Assembly: GCA_016906335.1 (NCBI GenBank)
Contig: JADEYG010000004.1
Span: 248,001 to 312,000, forward strand
Direction of reading: 5' to 3'
DNA: 64,000 nt
DNA from: Novakomyces olei
Taxonomy: Eukaryota
Both the position numbers and the translations under genes were made by a program. Positions within the stretch are counted from its first letter, which is position 1. The number at the start of each line of letters is the position of its first letter. The notes under the pieces are model-generated. The model saw nothing but the letters and a program-made list of their open reading frames with translations, had not been told where the DNA came from and ran no database searches. Below, one piece after another: positions 12,031 through 24,846 of the stretch.

Positions 12031-12488
12031 ATTAAATTATTGAGCCCCCATTAAGTTATTGAGCCCCCATTAAATTATTGAGAACCACTATATTCTTGGT
12101 ATATGAAGTACGACTTTGTTATATAAAGTACGAATACTAAGGCATCGCATTCACTCGTCTTGCCTCGAGGTACGCCGAATGTTTGTATACATATTATTTG
12201 GGGGAATTGGTGGCACTCAAAGTGTTGTTGACCAATGCAGGAAACGCGACGGCCAAAAGACAATGGATTGTTTACATCGCTCCCACATATTGGGTGCTTT
12301 ATTTGAAAATGCTGCATTCGCCTAGAACGTTGTTTGAATACATGTACAGTGCGACAAGTAAATGAATTTGTAGACAAACGGGAAGTAGGCGTGATTTAAT
12401 TTAGCCCCTGATCTCAGTATGGACAGTAAAGACTATGGACAGAAAAACTATGGCCAGTAAGACAATGGACAGTGAAGGCTATGGGCAT
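12031..12488. repeat. Short tandem repeats in the PDC/NDUFA9 divergent intergenic region (19-bp unit ~2.5x at 12031-12081; degenerate 15-16-bp CTATGGACAGTAAGA ~5x at 12417-12488)
   Basis: Units read directly from the sequence. Confidence 0.75.
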
Positions 12489-13148
12489 TAATGTACTGCA
12501 CATCCCACATTAAGAGCTGCGCATTCACGAGAAATATGATTTTGTGCTTTAGTGACCAAACAGGTACTTTTTACAATGCCGCAAAAACGTATCACGGTAA
12601 GCCATTCGTCAGCCTTGTCATTGCTGTCAGAATAAACTATCTTGCCTTTAAAATTTTGGAAGTGCAATAGCCAAACAATTCCAAGTCTACATACTTTAGG
12701 TTTTACTGTTTTGATAATAAAGTTGATACTAGCGCAAAGAAGGCTATTCCAAGAAGGCTATCCATGGTTTAACATTTGACTAAAATGGTCAAAAATTACA
12801 AAACAATACAGCATTGGCCAAAGAGCCACACACAATTGATGGACGTTGAGCGTAAAACCCAATATTTTGTGATCCATAACGATCATATATAGATAGTATT
12901 CAAACTGAGCCAGAATTATACTCTTAACTTTATTTAACAATGTGCAAGTATATTACTTGGTCTCGCCCTATTATATTCTGTGTTTTCCGGTTTGTAAGGA
13001 CGACCACAAGCAAGAACACTTTACTATGGACGAATACACTTTGACAAAATAAAAGTAACTTTACAGTTCTTTCAAAGGTAATCCAATCGATATAGGGCGA
13101 ATACACAGTATACGCAAAACACAGCCTGATCGATCTATCAGCAAAACT

Positions 13149-14602
13149 ATGGCTCTTTGTGTGCGAGGGTCAGCGGCATACAGTGCAGCGGCAACAATTG
13201 GCCGCCGCTCGTTTTCTGTGTGCTCCGTGCAGCGTCGTGCGGACCACGAGGATCTCGTTATTACACGGACGGGGAAGCCGATCTTCCGGCACGGACCTGG
13301 TGGCCGGTAAGAGAATGGCCTTTGCTTCAATTGAACTGGCCGCTCAAATGAACGCTCTTACTAACCGTACAGCTCTTCGCTGAATGACCACATTGCCACT
13401 GTATTCGGTGCCACGGGATTCGCAGGCCGGTACCTTGTTAGCAAGCTTGGTAAGGTTTAATTCGTAGTTTCTTTTTATTATATCTTGCAGCAAGATCTAA
13501 TTACCAGCCCGACAAGGTGTGACGGTCGTGATTCCATGGCGGGACGAGATGGCAAAGCGTCACCTCAAAGTGACGGGCGATCTTGGCCGGGTTGTCATGA
13601 ACGTAGGTGCTCTGGGAAAATAGGCTCTAACGACAAAGGAATTTGATCTGAGAAATGTGGAAAGTATTGAGGAAGCTGTGCGACACTCGAATATAGTGTA
13701 CAATTTTATTGGCCGTGATTATGAAACCAAGTATGTGCAAAAAAAGAGAGCAGAAAGGGGGCATTTACGATCTGGAGATGGAGATAAAACAATAATAATA
13801 ACGACGATACTAAACGAGCCCATCCGTCTGATGAAATTACTTTTCAAAATATCGTCTAACAAGTCACAGGAACTTTTCGTTTGGAGACGTCCATGTTGAA
13901 GGAGCTGCACGTATTGCCGAGGCTTGTGCAAAATACGACGTGGACCGGTTCGTCCATGTATCCGCACTCGGAGCTTCTGCAGACTCGCCGTCGGCTTTTT
14001 TGCGCAGCAAACGTGCCGGAGAAGAGATTGTACGTGACATTTTCCCAGAGACCACGATTGTTCGTCCAGCAACAATGTTTGGATACGAGGATCGGTTCCT
14101 TAATTATCTCGGTCGCAACCCGTCCTTTGGCTTTGATTATAACCACGGTAAAACCTACCGTCTGCCTGTACACAGCCACGACGTGGCACGAGCACTTGAG
14201 CTGATGCTGTTTGATGATAGTACGGCAGCTCAGACGTTTGAGCTGTTTGGTCCCAAGGGCTTTACTATTCATGAAATACGGGAGCTTATAACAGAGATTA
14301 CGGCCCGGTCGCCACGTATTTTCAACCTGAAAAAGGAGCTCGTTCAGCCAGTGGCTGATATTGTAAACAAGTTTATATATTGGAATATCAGCTCGGCCGA
14401 TCAGATTGAGCGTGCTTGCCTGGATGAGCATCCAAGCGGCGAGGCCGGTGTAAAGGGATTTGCCGACTTGGGTATGGAGCCGGAGGCACTTGAAGGCCCA
14501 CTCGCCCTGCGCTATTTGCGGATGTATCGCAGCCGGCTGTTTGTCGACAAGGAACAAGAGAAGCAAAAGGGTTTTGCTAATGTGCCTAACGTAATAGATT
14601 AA
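13149..14602 (+). CDS. NDUFA9: NADH:ubiquinone oxidoreductase 39/40-kDa subunit (complex I), 5 exons
   Basis: Presequence MALCVRGSAA..; GGRSSLNDHIATVFGATGFAGRYLVSKL; KRHLKVTGDLGRV; VRHSNIVYNFIGRDYETKNF; DRFVHVSALGA. Introns 13307-13372, ~13450-13507, 13603-13638 (36 nt) and 13731-13869. Confidence 0.93.
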
Positions 14603-14811
14603 GCCGGTACAGTGTTTGAAAAGGCACGTGAAGCTTGTACGGATGCACACTGAGCAGGCCAGTATTCAAGTGCAAAGTGCCCGTGTCGAACTGCGAATTT
14701 GATTTGTGAATTAATAAATAGTTTACAATATATAGAGCTATAGACAGGTCGCAAATGTAAAACAGGAGACTATTAAACTATCCACTTGGGCGAGGCAATC
14801 TACGTGTAAAA

Positions 14812-15876
14812 TCAGGCCAAAGTGGTCCAGTCTGGCAGCAGTTTAGGGTTCGCCATAAACTGCTCTGCCGTCAGTGTCCACGTGGTCCGCACACCTCGGC
14901 TGGAGAGGAGAGAAGTGCCTCTCCAGCCGCTCAGTTCATCAGCACGCACTGGAGCAGCGAACCCAGAGCGAACAAAGCGCGCTTTTAGTCCAGGAAGGCT
15001 GCTCAAGTCTCCAGACACAATGATACGATCAGCCAGCCTTCTCCGCAGATCCAATGGAAGTCTGTGTAGCACAAAGAGCACTAGGGCCAAGACTCCCCTC
15101 TCGTCATCGTCCATGTACTCCTCCATGGCGAACAAAGCCTCTGCGCACATAACCCTTGCCCACCCCGGGATGGTCACAGTGCAATTGTCCCTGACGCGTA
15201 CGGCAAGGTCAGACACGCTTCCATTCAACACAAGTTTGGCTGCCTCTTCCACTTCTCTGGCCATCGCGTCCGCCGGCAGCCTGGGCAGATTGTCCTCCTG
15301 TGCGACGACAAGACTATGCACAAGCAATGACAATTTTTGGCCCGGCAAAAGGGCTAAAGCATCGACACTGCCAACAAGCTGGCACAGTCGAGCAAAGAGT
15401 CTGTGGCCGCCTAAAGGGCTGCAGACGCCTAAAGGCACAAGCGCTCTGCCCTCGGCAACGGGGACGATACATGTGCCCTCCATGTCGATAAAGACAGCGA
15501 GCCCATCCGTCAATCCGGCCGAAGCAACGGCAGAAATTTCACGCGGGAAAAAGCAGACGCTCGCCACCATGAACCGTCTAAACAGCACCTGGATCAATGT
15601 TCTCTTGCACAGTTCACTGCCATAGACACTGTCAATCACGTGGACAATCATACCTCGAAGAACGAGCGGCATTCGGCCGGCAATTGGCAGATCAGTGCCG
15701 CTGTCTCTGCTGCTTTTAGCGTTGATCTTTGCCGTGGCCGCTGCCAAAGCCTGCTCAAGACTGTCGGCATCCTGGGCCCTGGGCTCGATGCTGCAGTCGG
15801 GCAAGAAGCGTCCACTTATGCCTATATGGATAACGGGTCCAAGTGCCTGTAAGACCACCGTCTCCGTCTCAGGCAT
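14812..15876 (-). CDS. ARP10: Divergent actin-related protein, probably dynactin Arp10/Arp11
   Basis: Actin-fold motifs: IHIGISGRFLP, GLTDGLAVFIDMEGTCIVPVAEGR, LPLDLRRRLADRIIVSGDLSSLPGLKAR, GWRGTSL. C-terminal LPDW is typical of Arp10/11. Confidence 0.7.
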   Translation of the reverse strand: MPETETVVLQALGPVIHIGISGRFLPDCSIEPRAQDADSLEQALAAATAKINAKSSRDSGTDLPIAGRMPLVLRGMIVHVIDSVYGSELCKRTLIQVLFRRFMVASVCFFPREISAVASAGLTDGLAVFIDMEGTCIVPVAEGRALVPLGVCSPLGGHRLFARLCQLVGSVDALALLPGQKLSLLVHSLVVAQEDNLPRLPADAMAREVEEAAKLVLNGSVSDLAVRVRDNCTVTIPGWARVMCAEALFAMEEYMDDDERGVLALVLFVLHRLPLDLRRRLADRIIVSGDLSSLPGLKARFVRSGFAAPVRADELSGWRGTSLLSSRGVRTTWTLTAEQFMANPKLLPDWTTLA

Positions 15877-15959
15877 TGGCACCGCTCGAGTTTAGCATTG
15901 TCTGGGCTGTGCCAGAAATGGAATTGAGCTTGAAACGGCCGTTCAAGTGTCGACTGCAA

Positions 15960-16190
15960 ACAATAATTACAATAATTGATAAAATAATGAAATAATTACA
16001 ATAATAAAATAACTACAATAATTACAATAATTACAATAATTACAATAATTACAATAATTACAATAATTACAATAATTACAATAATTACAATAATTACAAT
16101 AATTACAATAATTACAATAATTACAATAATTACAATAATTACAATAATTACAATAATTACAATAATTACAATAATTACAATAATTACAAT
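15960..16190. repeat. 9-bp tandem repeat (ACAATAATT)n filling most of the ARP10/DBP9 divergent promoter
   Basis: About 20 near-perfect units. Confidence 0.95.
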
Positions 16191-16269
16191 AATAAAATAA
16201 TAAAATAATAGATCAGAAAAATCGCAGTTGATTAGCCTCTTTGGGAACAGAAAAATTCTGTCCTGAACA

Positions 16270-18272
16270 ATGACGGAGCAAGAAACTTCGTTTCGAGACT
16301 TTGGGCTCGATGCACGGCTCTTACGTGGAATCGTGCAAAGTGGATTTTCGCGGCCGACGCTTGTACAAGAGCAGGCTATTCCTTTGGCCCTGCAGGGCAA
16401 AGATTTACTTGTACGAGCGCGGACTGGTTCAGGTAAAACTGCGGCCTACTTGATCCCTATTCTCTCGAGCATACTCAAGCGCAAATCTAACGCCGCTGCT
16501 GTAAAGTGTCTGATTCTCGTTCCGAGTCGAGAGCTGGCGGCGCAAGTACAGAAAACCCTTTCACAGCTGGCGCCCAAAGATATAACGTTTGCTAATGTTG
16601 CAATCAATGCAGCAGATAGTGTACAAAGGTTTGTTTTTGCCTGCTGCCTCAGTCTTTAATATTTACTGCTTGCATAGACTGGATATGTTTCAAAAGTCAC
16701 CTACTTTTTCCTCCGCTAGTCCAGTTGTTCTTCTTTGTATGCTTTAATCATAGTTTTACCTCTTTTAATCTGCCTTCCCTTCAATCATGCTTCTTCTCCC
16801 AAGCAATGCTAATCAAGTTCAGGTCAATGTTACTACAGAACCCCGATATCGTAGTGGCCACGCCGTCACGTGCACTTCACCATGTACAGGCGGACTTTTT
16901 ACGATTGGGTGAAGAGTTTGCGCACTTGGTGGTGGATGAAGCAGACTTGGTACTATCTTATGGCTATGAGGCAGACGTACAAGCGCTGGCACGCTTTTTG
17001 CCTCGTGGAGTACAAACGTTTTTAATGTCGGCGACTCTGACAAAAGAAGTCACGGCTCTAAAAGGTCTCGTTTGCCGTAAACCGGTCACATTAAAGCTAC
17101 AGGATGATTCACAGGACACACTCACTCAGTATGTTGTGCGGTGTAATGAGAAAGACAAGTTTTTACTCGCCTACGTGTTGCTCAAACTTAACTTGATCCG
17201 CGGCAAAAAGCTTATATTTGTAAACACGATTGACCGGTGTTTCCGGTTGAAATTGTTTTTGGAGCAGTTTGGTATAAAAAGTGTAGTGCTTAACGCTGAA
17301 TTGCCCATGAATTCAAGGCTTCATATCCTGGAAGAGCTAAATAAGGGAGTTTACAATATCGCTATCGCCACAGACGAAGGAGAGACTGAGGAAGTAGAAG
17401 AGGAGGAAGAGCAGTCAAACGCTGATGGTCAGGTGAATGGAGAAAGCGGATCAAACAGCAAAGAGATACGATCGGGAGAACAAGAAGACGGTAGCGAAAA
17501 AGAAACGAAAAATAAGAACACTATCAACGCTTCCACTCGGCCTGTCCCCAAACAAGGCAAATTGGAATCCAGCCGAAAGCGTAAGCGCAAGCAGGACAGT
17601 GAGTATGGGGTCGTTCGCGGCATCGATTTCCAGAATATTTCTTGTGTACTAAACTTTGATATGCCGACTACAGCCCGGTCTTATGTTCATCGGATAGGAA
17701 GAACAGCAAGAGCTGGGCGATCAGGCGTGGCCATGACATTTTGTGTGCCTCGCGAAGAATGGGGCAAACACAAGTCTTTTGTGCTTGATACAGCAAGGAG
17801 GGATGAACGGGTCTTGAGAAGAGTCGAGCGGGATAACTCTTCCAATTCACGTGGATCTTTGCAGCCATACAATTTTGATATGAAGCAAGTTGATGCTTTC
17901 CGGTATAGAATGGACGATGCTATTCGTGCAGTCACGGGTGTGGCTGTGCGTGAAGCACGGCAACGCGAGCTGCGCCAAGAAATTTTGACGTCAGACAAAC
18001 TGAAGAGCTATTTTGAAGAAAACCCTCACGAACTCGATTCACTTCGGCATGATACAGATTTGCATACAGTCCGACGTTCAGCTCACATGAAAAATGTACC
18101 TGATTATTTACTGCCCGCAAACGCACAAAGTGCTGTAGCCAAGCCAATAGGGTACGTGCCTTTTCGTCGTGTAGCAGAGAATCGGATTAAACGCGCTCAT
18201 CGGCTGAAAAGGAAAAATGGTAAGAGCGGTAAAGCAGCCGCCAACTCTGATCCTTTACGGCGTCTGAAATAG
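16270..18272 (+). CDS. DBP9: DEAD-box RNA helicase Dbp9, 2 exons
   Basis: Q motif; [66 protein letters not shown]. Intron 16629-16822. Confidence 0.95.
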
Positions 18273-18602
18273 GGTAAAGTTTTGGAGGTTTGATACTTTG
18301 CAGAGTCGAATAAACGGATCGATGATAATGGTTTTTGTAATTTTATTATGATTTAATTAGGATTTAATTATAATTCATGCAGATTTGTAAATCGATTCAT
18401 ATTATTACATTTAGTTGTCGTATTATTATAATTATGATGAATATTTGCCCATATACTCCGAGTCTAATATCTGTGGGTATGTTGAATAAGCATAACCGAA
18501 ATATAATGTCCAAGAATATTGAGCGATAATAAAAATTAGGCGTAATAAAAATTAGGCATTATAAACAAATAATTTATTGTCGCTCAACCACAAATTTGCA
18601 AA

Positions 18603-19496
18603 ATGCCATCGTTAAACAAATCGACGAGGCAGAATAAGCCTCGTTCGAGGCCGCAGACGGTTCCGGCACCGACCGAGTCGGCTTCAAGAGCGGCTTTATC
18701 ACATGGTTCTGGTCTATTACATAATGAATCGCATCAAGGCTCGGAAAGCGAATCGTCGGCAAGTAAAAGCGATGTAGAAGGGTCGAGTGCGAGTGAAGTT
18801 AGTATGGAAGACGAGCAGCATTTGCCAGCGAACGGCTCAGCGAATGGCTCATTGGCTCTTGATACAAACTCAGGTGGACATAAGAAATTTGACGACGAAA
18901 CGGCGATCGACAGACTGGTCCAGGAGGCAGAAGAGTCGGCACGAAAGCGAAGACGATTGAATGAAAAGCAGTCAATTGAGGACGAGTCTGATAGCGGTGA
19001 CGATGAAGCGCCAGAAGAAGCTGATTTCACAGAATTAACAAAAATTGAACAAGCACGGTCTTTGCAAGATCGAGAGAGATCTAAAGAAAGTCGCCGGCAG
19101 CAATTTGAACGGCAAAGGCAACGTGAACTGGCGAGAGAGCGAGTGAGAAGTGCACGAAAAGAGTTTGAATCTATATTACAAAGCTCACAGGCACATCAAG
19201 CAAAAGCTGACGAGGCCAATGACGGCGCCAATGACGAGGCGGAAACGAGTCTTGCCGGCAAAGATACGGTGGCGAGTCGGGAACAGAGGGCTTTGAATAC
19301 TCGTAAAATATTTAGAGAAAAGGAGACGGGTCGGAAGCGTAAGAAGGGCAGCTATACTATTCATTCGCTGGCAAAGCGCCGGGACACTGTTGCTCCGGCA
19401 GCAAACACGCGTCTACTAAACAGCAAAGACGACTGGCTGCATAAACGGAAGCGTAAAGGAGTAGAGCAAAAGCGTTACCGTGCACCCTTAGTGTAG
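18603..19496 (+). CDS. Charged low-complexity nuclear protein, possibly U3 snoRNP-associated (Bud21/Utp16-like)
   Basis: 297-aa ORF with acidic SDSGDDEAPEE followed by a coiled-coil and a basic C-terminus (..SKDDWLHKRKR). Family assignment is by resemblance only. Confidence 0.5.
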   Translation: MPSLNKSTRQNKPRSRPQTVPAPTESASRAALSHGSGLLHNESHQGSESESSASKSDVEGSSASEVSMEDEQHLPANGSANGSLALDTNSGGHKKFDDETAIDRLVQEAEESARKRRRLNEKQSIEDESDSGDDEAPEEADFTELTKIEQARSLQDRERSKESRRQQFERQRQRELARERVRSARKEFESILQSSQAHQAKADEANDGANDEAETSLAGKDTVASREQRALNTRKIFREKETGRKRKKGSYTIHSLAKRRDTVAPAANTRLLNSKDDWLHKRKRKGVEQKRYRAPLV

Positions 19497-19713
19497 CGTC
19501 AAATAGCCCACAAGTTTTCCTTCAAGGTCACCGTTGGCCGTCTCAAGCGTATAGACTGTTGAGGGCCATGCGATTGGCACTACGAGAGTGATGGGCAAGA
19601 ATAAACATAGCAATATACTGCATTAATTTACAAATACATCGTTTACCCGACTTCAAGTCTAGACCTATCTATTGCTGTTCTATTTTGCTTCAATAGTGCC
19701 CCATGCTCCCTTG

Positions 19714-21120
19714 CTATTCGTCATGGCCAACAAACGTCAATACAGCGGGAATAACGATTCCCAGAATCGTCAGTGTAAACGGGAGTAGTCCGTAATTTTC
19801 TCGTTTACTGGCATGAGAACTTGCCACGAACAGCATTGTCCCGCCGGAAAACAGAATGGCCATGCTCGTAATAAAATCAAAATTCAGCTCAGAGCCTCCA
19901 ACAATGCGGATAAACAAGTGGGTCATTAGCATTGAAATTGGCGTGCTGGCACAGAAAAAAGCGAGAGGCAAACGAACCTGCCGTTGACCAAACCCTTCAG
20001 ACATCAGTAGGGCCGAAAGCCCTACTGCAGTAGGGGCCTTGTGTAGCATAATTGCCAGGAACACGACCAGCTCTAGACTTGCAGAGGACGAGGAGAAGCT
20101 TGCACCCAACGCTACACCATCAGCATACCCGTGAATTGCTAGTCCTATTAGCGTGGGGCTCTGTAGAGAGTGCAGAAAATTCGTCCGACTCAGCACGGAT
20201 CCATCCTGCGCAGGTTCGGCGGAGGCAGTTTCCCGTACTGCCGTCGAGTCTTGCTGGCCGGCACGCAAGTCACCAAGCTCGGAAACCGAGACCAGGCTTG
20301 GCCGAGTGCGTTGGTGGTGGGTCAATGAGGCAGTGAAATAGTCGAGTAACGCCATTAAAACGTACCCGCACAAAAGGCAGGGACCAATAAACGCGTGCGT
20401 GTCTTTGGAATAAACAACGCTGGTTGTACCGTCACCGGCAGGCAGCCTTGCTGCTCCATAAAGCGTGTCTACTCCCTCAGGGATGATTACTGCTAGAGTA
20501 GACCCGATCAACTGCTATTTTAGTGCTGCGAGATGAAGAGACGACGCTAAAACTGATCAATAAAATGGGAAAAAAACTGCTCAACCACTCCAAAGCTGAA
20601 TAGGCACATCACACTGAAAAATTGAGGATATGCGATCCGTCGCCAGGAAAGAAAACAAAGACGAGCAAGGTATAAAGTGTTCCATCAAATGCTGAGCGAT
20701 CTTTAAAGTAAAAAAAAATACACAATTAAAAAACAGCAACTAAACAGAAATTAAACAACAATTAAACAGCAATTAAACAACAATTAAACAACAATTAAAC
20801 AACAATTAAACAACAATTAAACCATAATTAAACAGCAATCAAACAACAATCAAACAACAATTAAGCAACAACTAAACAGCAATTAAGCAATAATTAAACG
20901 ATAGCAATTAGACAAATAAACAAGAAACAGCAAGAGTATCAGGCATACAATTCCACCGCCAACAGCGCCCAGCAATCCCAGTCGTGACCGATCAATTCGA
21001 AAGTAAGACGGCAGCGATCCAATTGCGTATGATCTGAGGCAGTTAGCAGTGCCATAACACAATTCCTCACAGTATAAATAATACAGCCGCCGCTGATACA
21101 ACCGCCACGAACCCGGCCAT
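19714..21120 (-). CDS. ATX2: ZIP-family metal transporter (ZIP9/Atx2 type), 3 exons
   Basis: MAGFVAVVSAAAVLFIL|SYAIGSLPSYFRIDRSRLGLLGAVGGGI|LIGSTLAVIIPEGV; TLIGLAIHGYADGVALGAS; AIMLHKAPTAVGL. Introns ~21070-21034 and 20948-20512 (437 nt). Confidence 0.85.
20749..20900. repeat. 11-bp tandem repeat (AATTAAACAAC/AGC)n inside ZIP intron 2
   Basis: About 13 degenerate units. Confidence 0.9.
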
Positions 21121-21314
21121 TCGCCTCGTTTATGTCATATATATATAAGAGCTGACGCCGCAGCTCGTAAACACTATATATGGATAAAGTAAAATAAGGG
21201 AATAATGTATGGCTACAACTCTGCGGCAAGCCTATTAAATTAGCTATTTAATTAGCTATTTAATTATATTATTATAAATTTTAATTCGAGTCAGACGTAT
21301 TGACCGCGGCGGCT

Positions 21315-22976
21315 ATGGCTGACGAGACAGACGTGTTTGTCAATGACGCAAACAAAACGACACGCGTCGTTTTCTGTACGGACGCGTAAATTTATTTCGT
21401 TAACTAACGCGAACTGAAGTGGACGCCCATGGCAACCGCGTTCTTTCTTTCCGACCAGATTTCACGTATCCGATATTCGGGCAGGCAGAGACCATCTTTG
21501 GCTATGTCAATTTGCGCAACAAGGTGAGTAATCTGAACAGTGTTGTTTTTTTTTAATTTATTCGCAAGTTTCATTCCAGTCTTTTCTCATTTTTTTTCTC
21601 GATTACGTTTTTTGTTTGTCGATTGTTTTAATTTCAATAATTCAACAATTCAGCTGACCTTGCAGCTGACTTATTCTGCGCATGACTTGACAGTTTTGCA
21701 CCAAGTTTCTTTTGATTCTAAGATCCCCGACGAACTGGGAGCCGATGCCACTAATGTAGAGCAGATTATGGCCGAATATTTGCCTTCTGGTAAGCCGAAT
21801 TCAAGGGATATCAGTGTTCACTTATAACGATAAATTGTGTTTATTCCATCACAGACTAATAGCAGACGCGGCTGACGGCCAATCTTCATTTCGAGAACGT
21901 TTAGCCGCTTCTGAAACTTATGCGCCGCCTGGCGAAAAGATCCTGCAAGCACCATTACCAAATGGACGCGAGGAAGATGAGCACATGGAACTTTATCGCT
22001 CGACTTTGCGTGACCGGAAAGCCGTGCAGTTATTAGAAAGGTTGCAGCTATTTTCCCTATTTTTCGTTGAGGGCGGATCTTTTATTGACACGTCTGATGA
22101 TCGGTGGAACTTGTATACTCTCTGGAAGCGAGGAGGCGCTAATGGCCTTGTTTTCATGGGCTATTGCACTGTATACCCTTATTTCTTCTTTCAAAACGAT
22201 CGCAACGACTGTGTACGAGCTCGTATATCCCAGTTTGTTATTCTTCCACCGTTCCAACATAGAGGCGTGGGTGGAAAATTGTACGATGCCATATTCGAAA
22301 ATTTGCAGGCGGACGAGCAAGTAGTGGAAATTACTGTAGAGGATCCGAGTGAGGCCTTTGAAGATCTTAGAGACAGACGAGACTTGCGCCGGCTTGATGT
22401 AGCTGGAGTTTGGGACGATCCAAGGCTCGTTACTCCACTGGACAAAACTTGGCTGGAGAAGATAAGAAGGCAGTTCAAGATGGGACCGGTAAGTATTTTA
22501 ATCGTGTTATACAAACCATATTTAGATGCTAACATACAGCGACAATTCTGGCGGTGTGTAGAGATGGCTTTGTTACACAAGCAAAGTGCAAAGGACGCGG
22601 CCGCGTCTAAACGATTACGTTTATTGATCAAACAACGATTGTACAAGCAAAATAGGGTACGTTTTATCGGATCTTTATTCATAGCAATTTTACCTGACAT
22701 TCAATTGAATAGGAATTCTTGGACCAAATTGAAGATGCACAAGAACGCAAACAAAAATTGCAAGAAACATATTTGAGCGTCGTCGACGATTACCGGCGTC
22801 TCATCAAAATGGCTTTTGGTGATAAACGGAAAGCGGCTCCCGGACTGCCAGCTAGTAATGGGTCTCCTGCGCAAAAGAAGTTTAAACCGGATGACAGCAA
22901 TGGAGAAGCCGATAAAAGACTCACAAAAAATGTTGATTTATCGCCATCAAACAATTCGGAAAAACGTGGTAATTGA
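21315..22976 (+). CDS. HAT1: Histone acetyltransferase type B catalytic subunit, multi-exon
   Basis: FRPDFTYPIFGQAETIFGY; LFSLFFVEGGSFID; RARISQFVILPPFQHRGVG; EITVEDPSEAFEDLRD. Five GT-AG introns. Confidence 0.93.
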
Positions 22977-23042
22977 GGAGCGCAGAGATCAAGAATAAAT
23001 ATTAATTAAAGGCGCTAGATCGCCGTGCATTTCCAAACCAAA

Positions 23043-24846
23043 TCAAACAAACTCTGACTGCACCCACTGCCAAACTGCCTGAGCGCTATCGAGTGAATGC
23101 TGCTGGCCAGCATCTGCGTCAACGATGAATGTCGTTTTTCTCGGGTTGATTGCCCTCCAAATGGCACACATACTCTCATACGCAATAATCTCTTCTGAGA
23201 CATCTTGTGTCTGATTTTGAGACTTTTTCCGTCGGTCTTTAGCTCTTGTTGAATGGCAGTTTGCCCCTGGAGGCCTTAAAGATTTGTGGTATAATAAAAC
23301 ATCGCAAACATAATGCAGCCAGAGCGAATTTGTTCGTGGTCGGTAGGCTGTCCAGTCGTATCTAGTGCCTTTTTTATCTTGTTGTTTTACGCATTCACGC
23401 ATAAAACGGTACATGTCGAATTGGTAGTCGCCTTTGCCCTCGAAAATTTCTGGATCTCTTTCCAGATCGTAATAGAATGGTCCTCCATCCTGGAGCGAAT
23501 TGCATCTCGAGAGTGTATAGTCAATAATGTGAATGTTCAGATTGCCTTTTATGCTCATGTTTTCCATAGCGCCAGCAAGATCTTGGTCCTTCTTCCGGCT
23601 TTGGATCATAATGTTGCCCCAATGCAAATCTCGATGTTCGAAATTGCACTTTTGCTCACCCCGTGCAATTATTTCGGCAACGCCATCGAATATTTCTCGA
23701 GCTTGGCACCAGTTTGACAGAGCGAAATGTTCAAGGTCGTAGCCCAGATGCGGTAGTTGAATACAGAGGTAAAAGTTTGGGGACTCCTCATCTGTAGTGA
23801 TTAGCAGGCGCCGTCATGAGCGAGATGAAGGGATAGATAGAGCAATGTAAATCAAGGAACAGTAAAATAAAGAAATAGAAAAGAATCAAAAAATGAAAAT
23901 TGGGAACAGAAAAGAATCAGGAGGACAGGTCAGCTTTTGTCAGCTTTTTGTATGCCTCGTACGACTTACCCGGACGCATGTTGTACACGTCATTGCCATC
24001 GGCTTCATACTGGTCCCACGCGTCTACTAAAGGCTTTGGAAATGGGCCGTGTACGACGGTCATTGCATTCAAGCCGACAAATCCCTCGAGTGGAGACATC
24101 ATTGTCGTAATTTCGCCCTCGGCCAGTACGGCAGATACACTGATTTCCTCATTATTCCCTTCGTCGGTCGAGAACCTTATTACTTTTAATACTTCTTGCG
24201 AAGCCTTCCCCTCGTGTTGCATAAGAAACACTTCGCTATAGCTCGCTTCCGTCAGTTTTGAGAGCTTATATGCTCCTGCTAATTTTGTTGCAAGCTGAGA
24301 GAAATCAAGAGGTCTCGATTGGCCGCAGAGGCTCAGCAGCCGATCGAGTTTGCTTTGATCAGCCTCAGTATTTGCATTTGCTGCCTGTTTATTGTTTGGC
24401 GAAGCAATACTGCCTTTGCCATCTGCCTCGTGCAGTTTGCCGTTTTGCTTTTCTAAAGGTTTCTCGTCTGGACTCTTGCTTTCTAAACTCTCCCTCTCCA
24501 GGTTTACTTGCCCTGCCATCCGTCCGTTTTGTGGCTCCTCTAGCAAAACATTCTGTAGCCTTTTCTCGCTTTCCAAAAGCAAAGCCAGATTTTCATCCTG
24601 TGCTTTGCTTTTTAGCCCTGTTTCAATACTCTTCTGCCTTCGAGCATTGCAGTCCAAAACAACCTCGGCCAAAACTCCATGATTCTTGGGTTCTTTTGCC
24701 AAAGCGCCAATTTTCAATGCTCCACCGTTTTCTTTGTTGTTGTCATCGATCAGGTGACTCGCTGTACGAGGCCGTGCCGGCGAACAAGCGAAAAAATCGC
24801 GGTGTGAGGAGCCACGGCTGTTCACTTTTCGCCCATAAAGCTTCAT
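23043..24846 (-). CDS. hrk1: Haspin-family histone H3T3 kinase, 2 exons
   Basis: KLTEASYSEVF; FEHRDLHWGNIMI; IIDYTLSR; FEGKGDYQFDMYRFMR; PRTNSLWLHY. Intron ~23969-23793. Confidence 0.92.

Noticed and set aside
12417..12488. CRISPR-like repeated CTATGGACAG units
   Set aside because: Adjacent degenerate tandem units with no unique spacers and no cas genes, in a eukaryotic context.
12075..12940. Small ORFs in the PDC/NDUFA9 intergenic region
   Set aside because: Short, mostly non-ATG starts, no recognisable domain or consistent exon structure.
20580..20690. Alternative ZIP N-terminal exons (MEHFIPCS.. / VMCLFSFG)
   Set aside because: A better ZIP9-like N-terminus with canonical splice sites starts at 21120, placing this segment inside intron 2.
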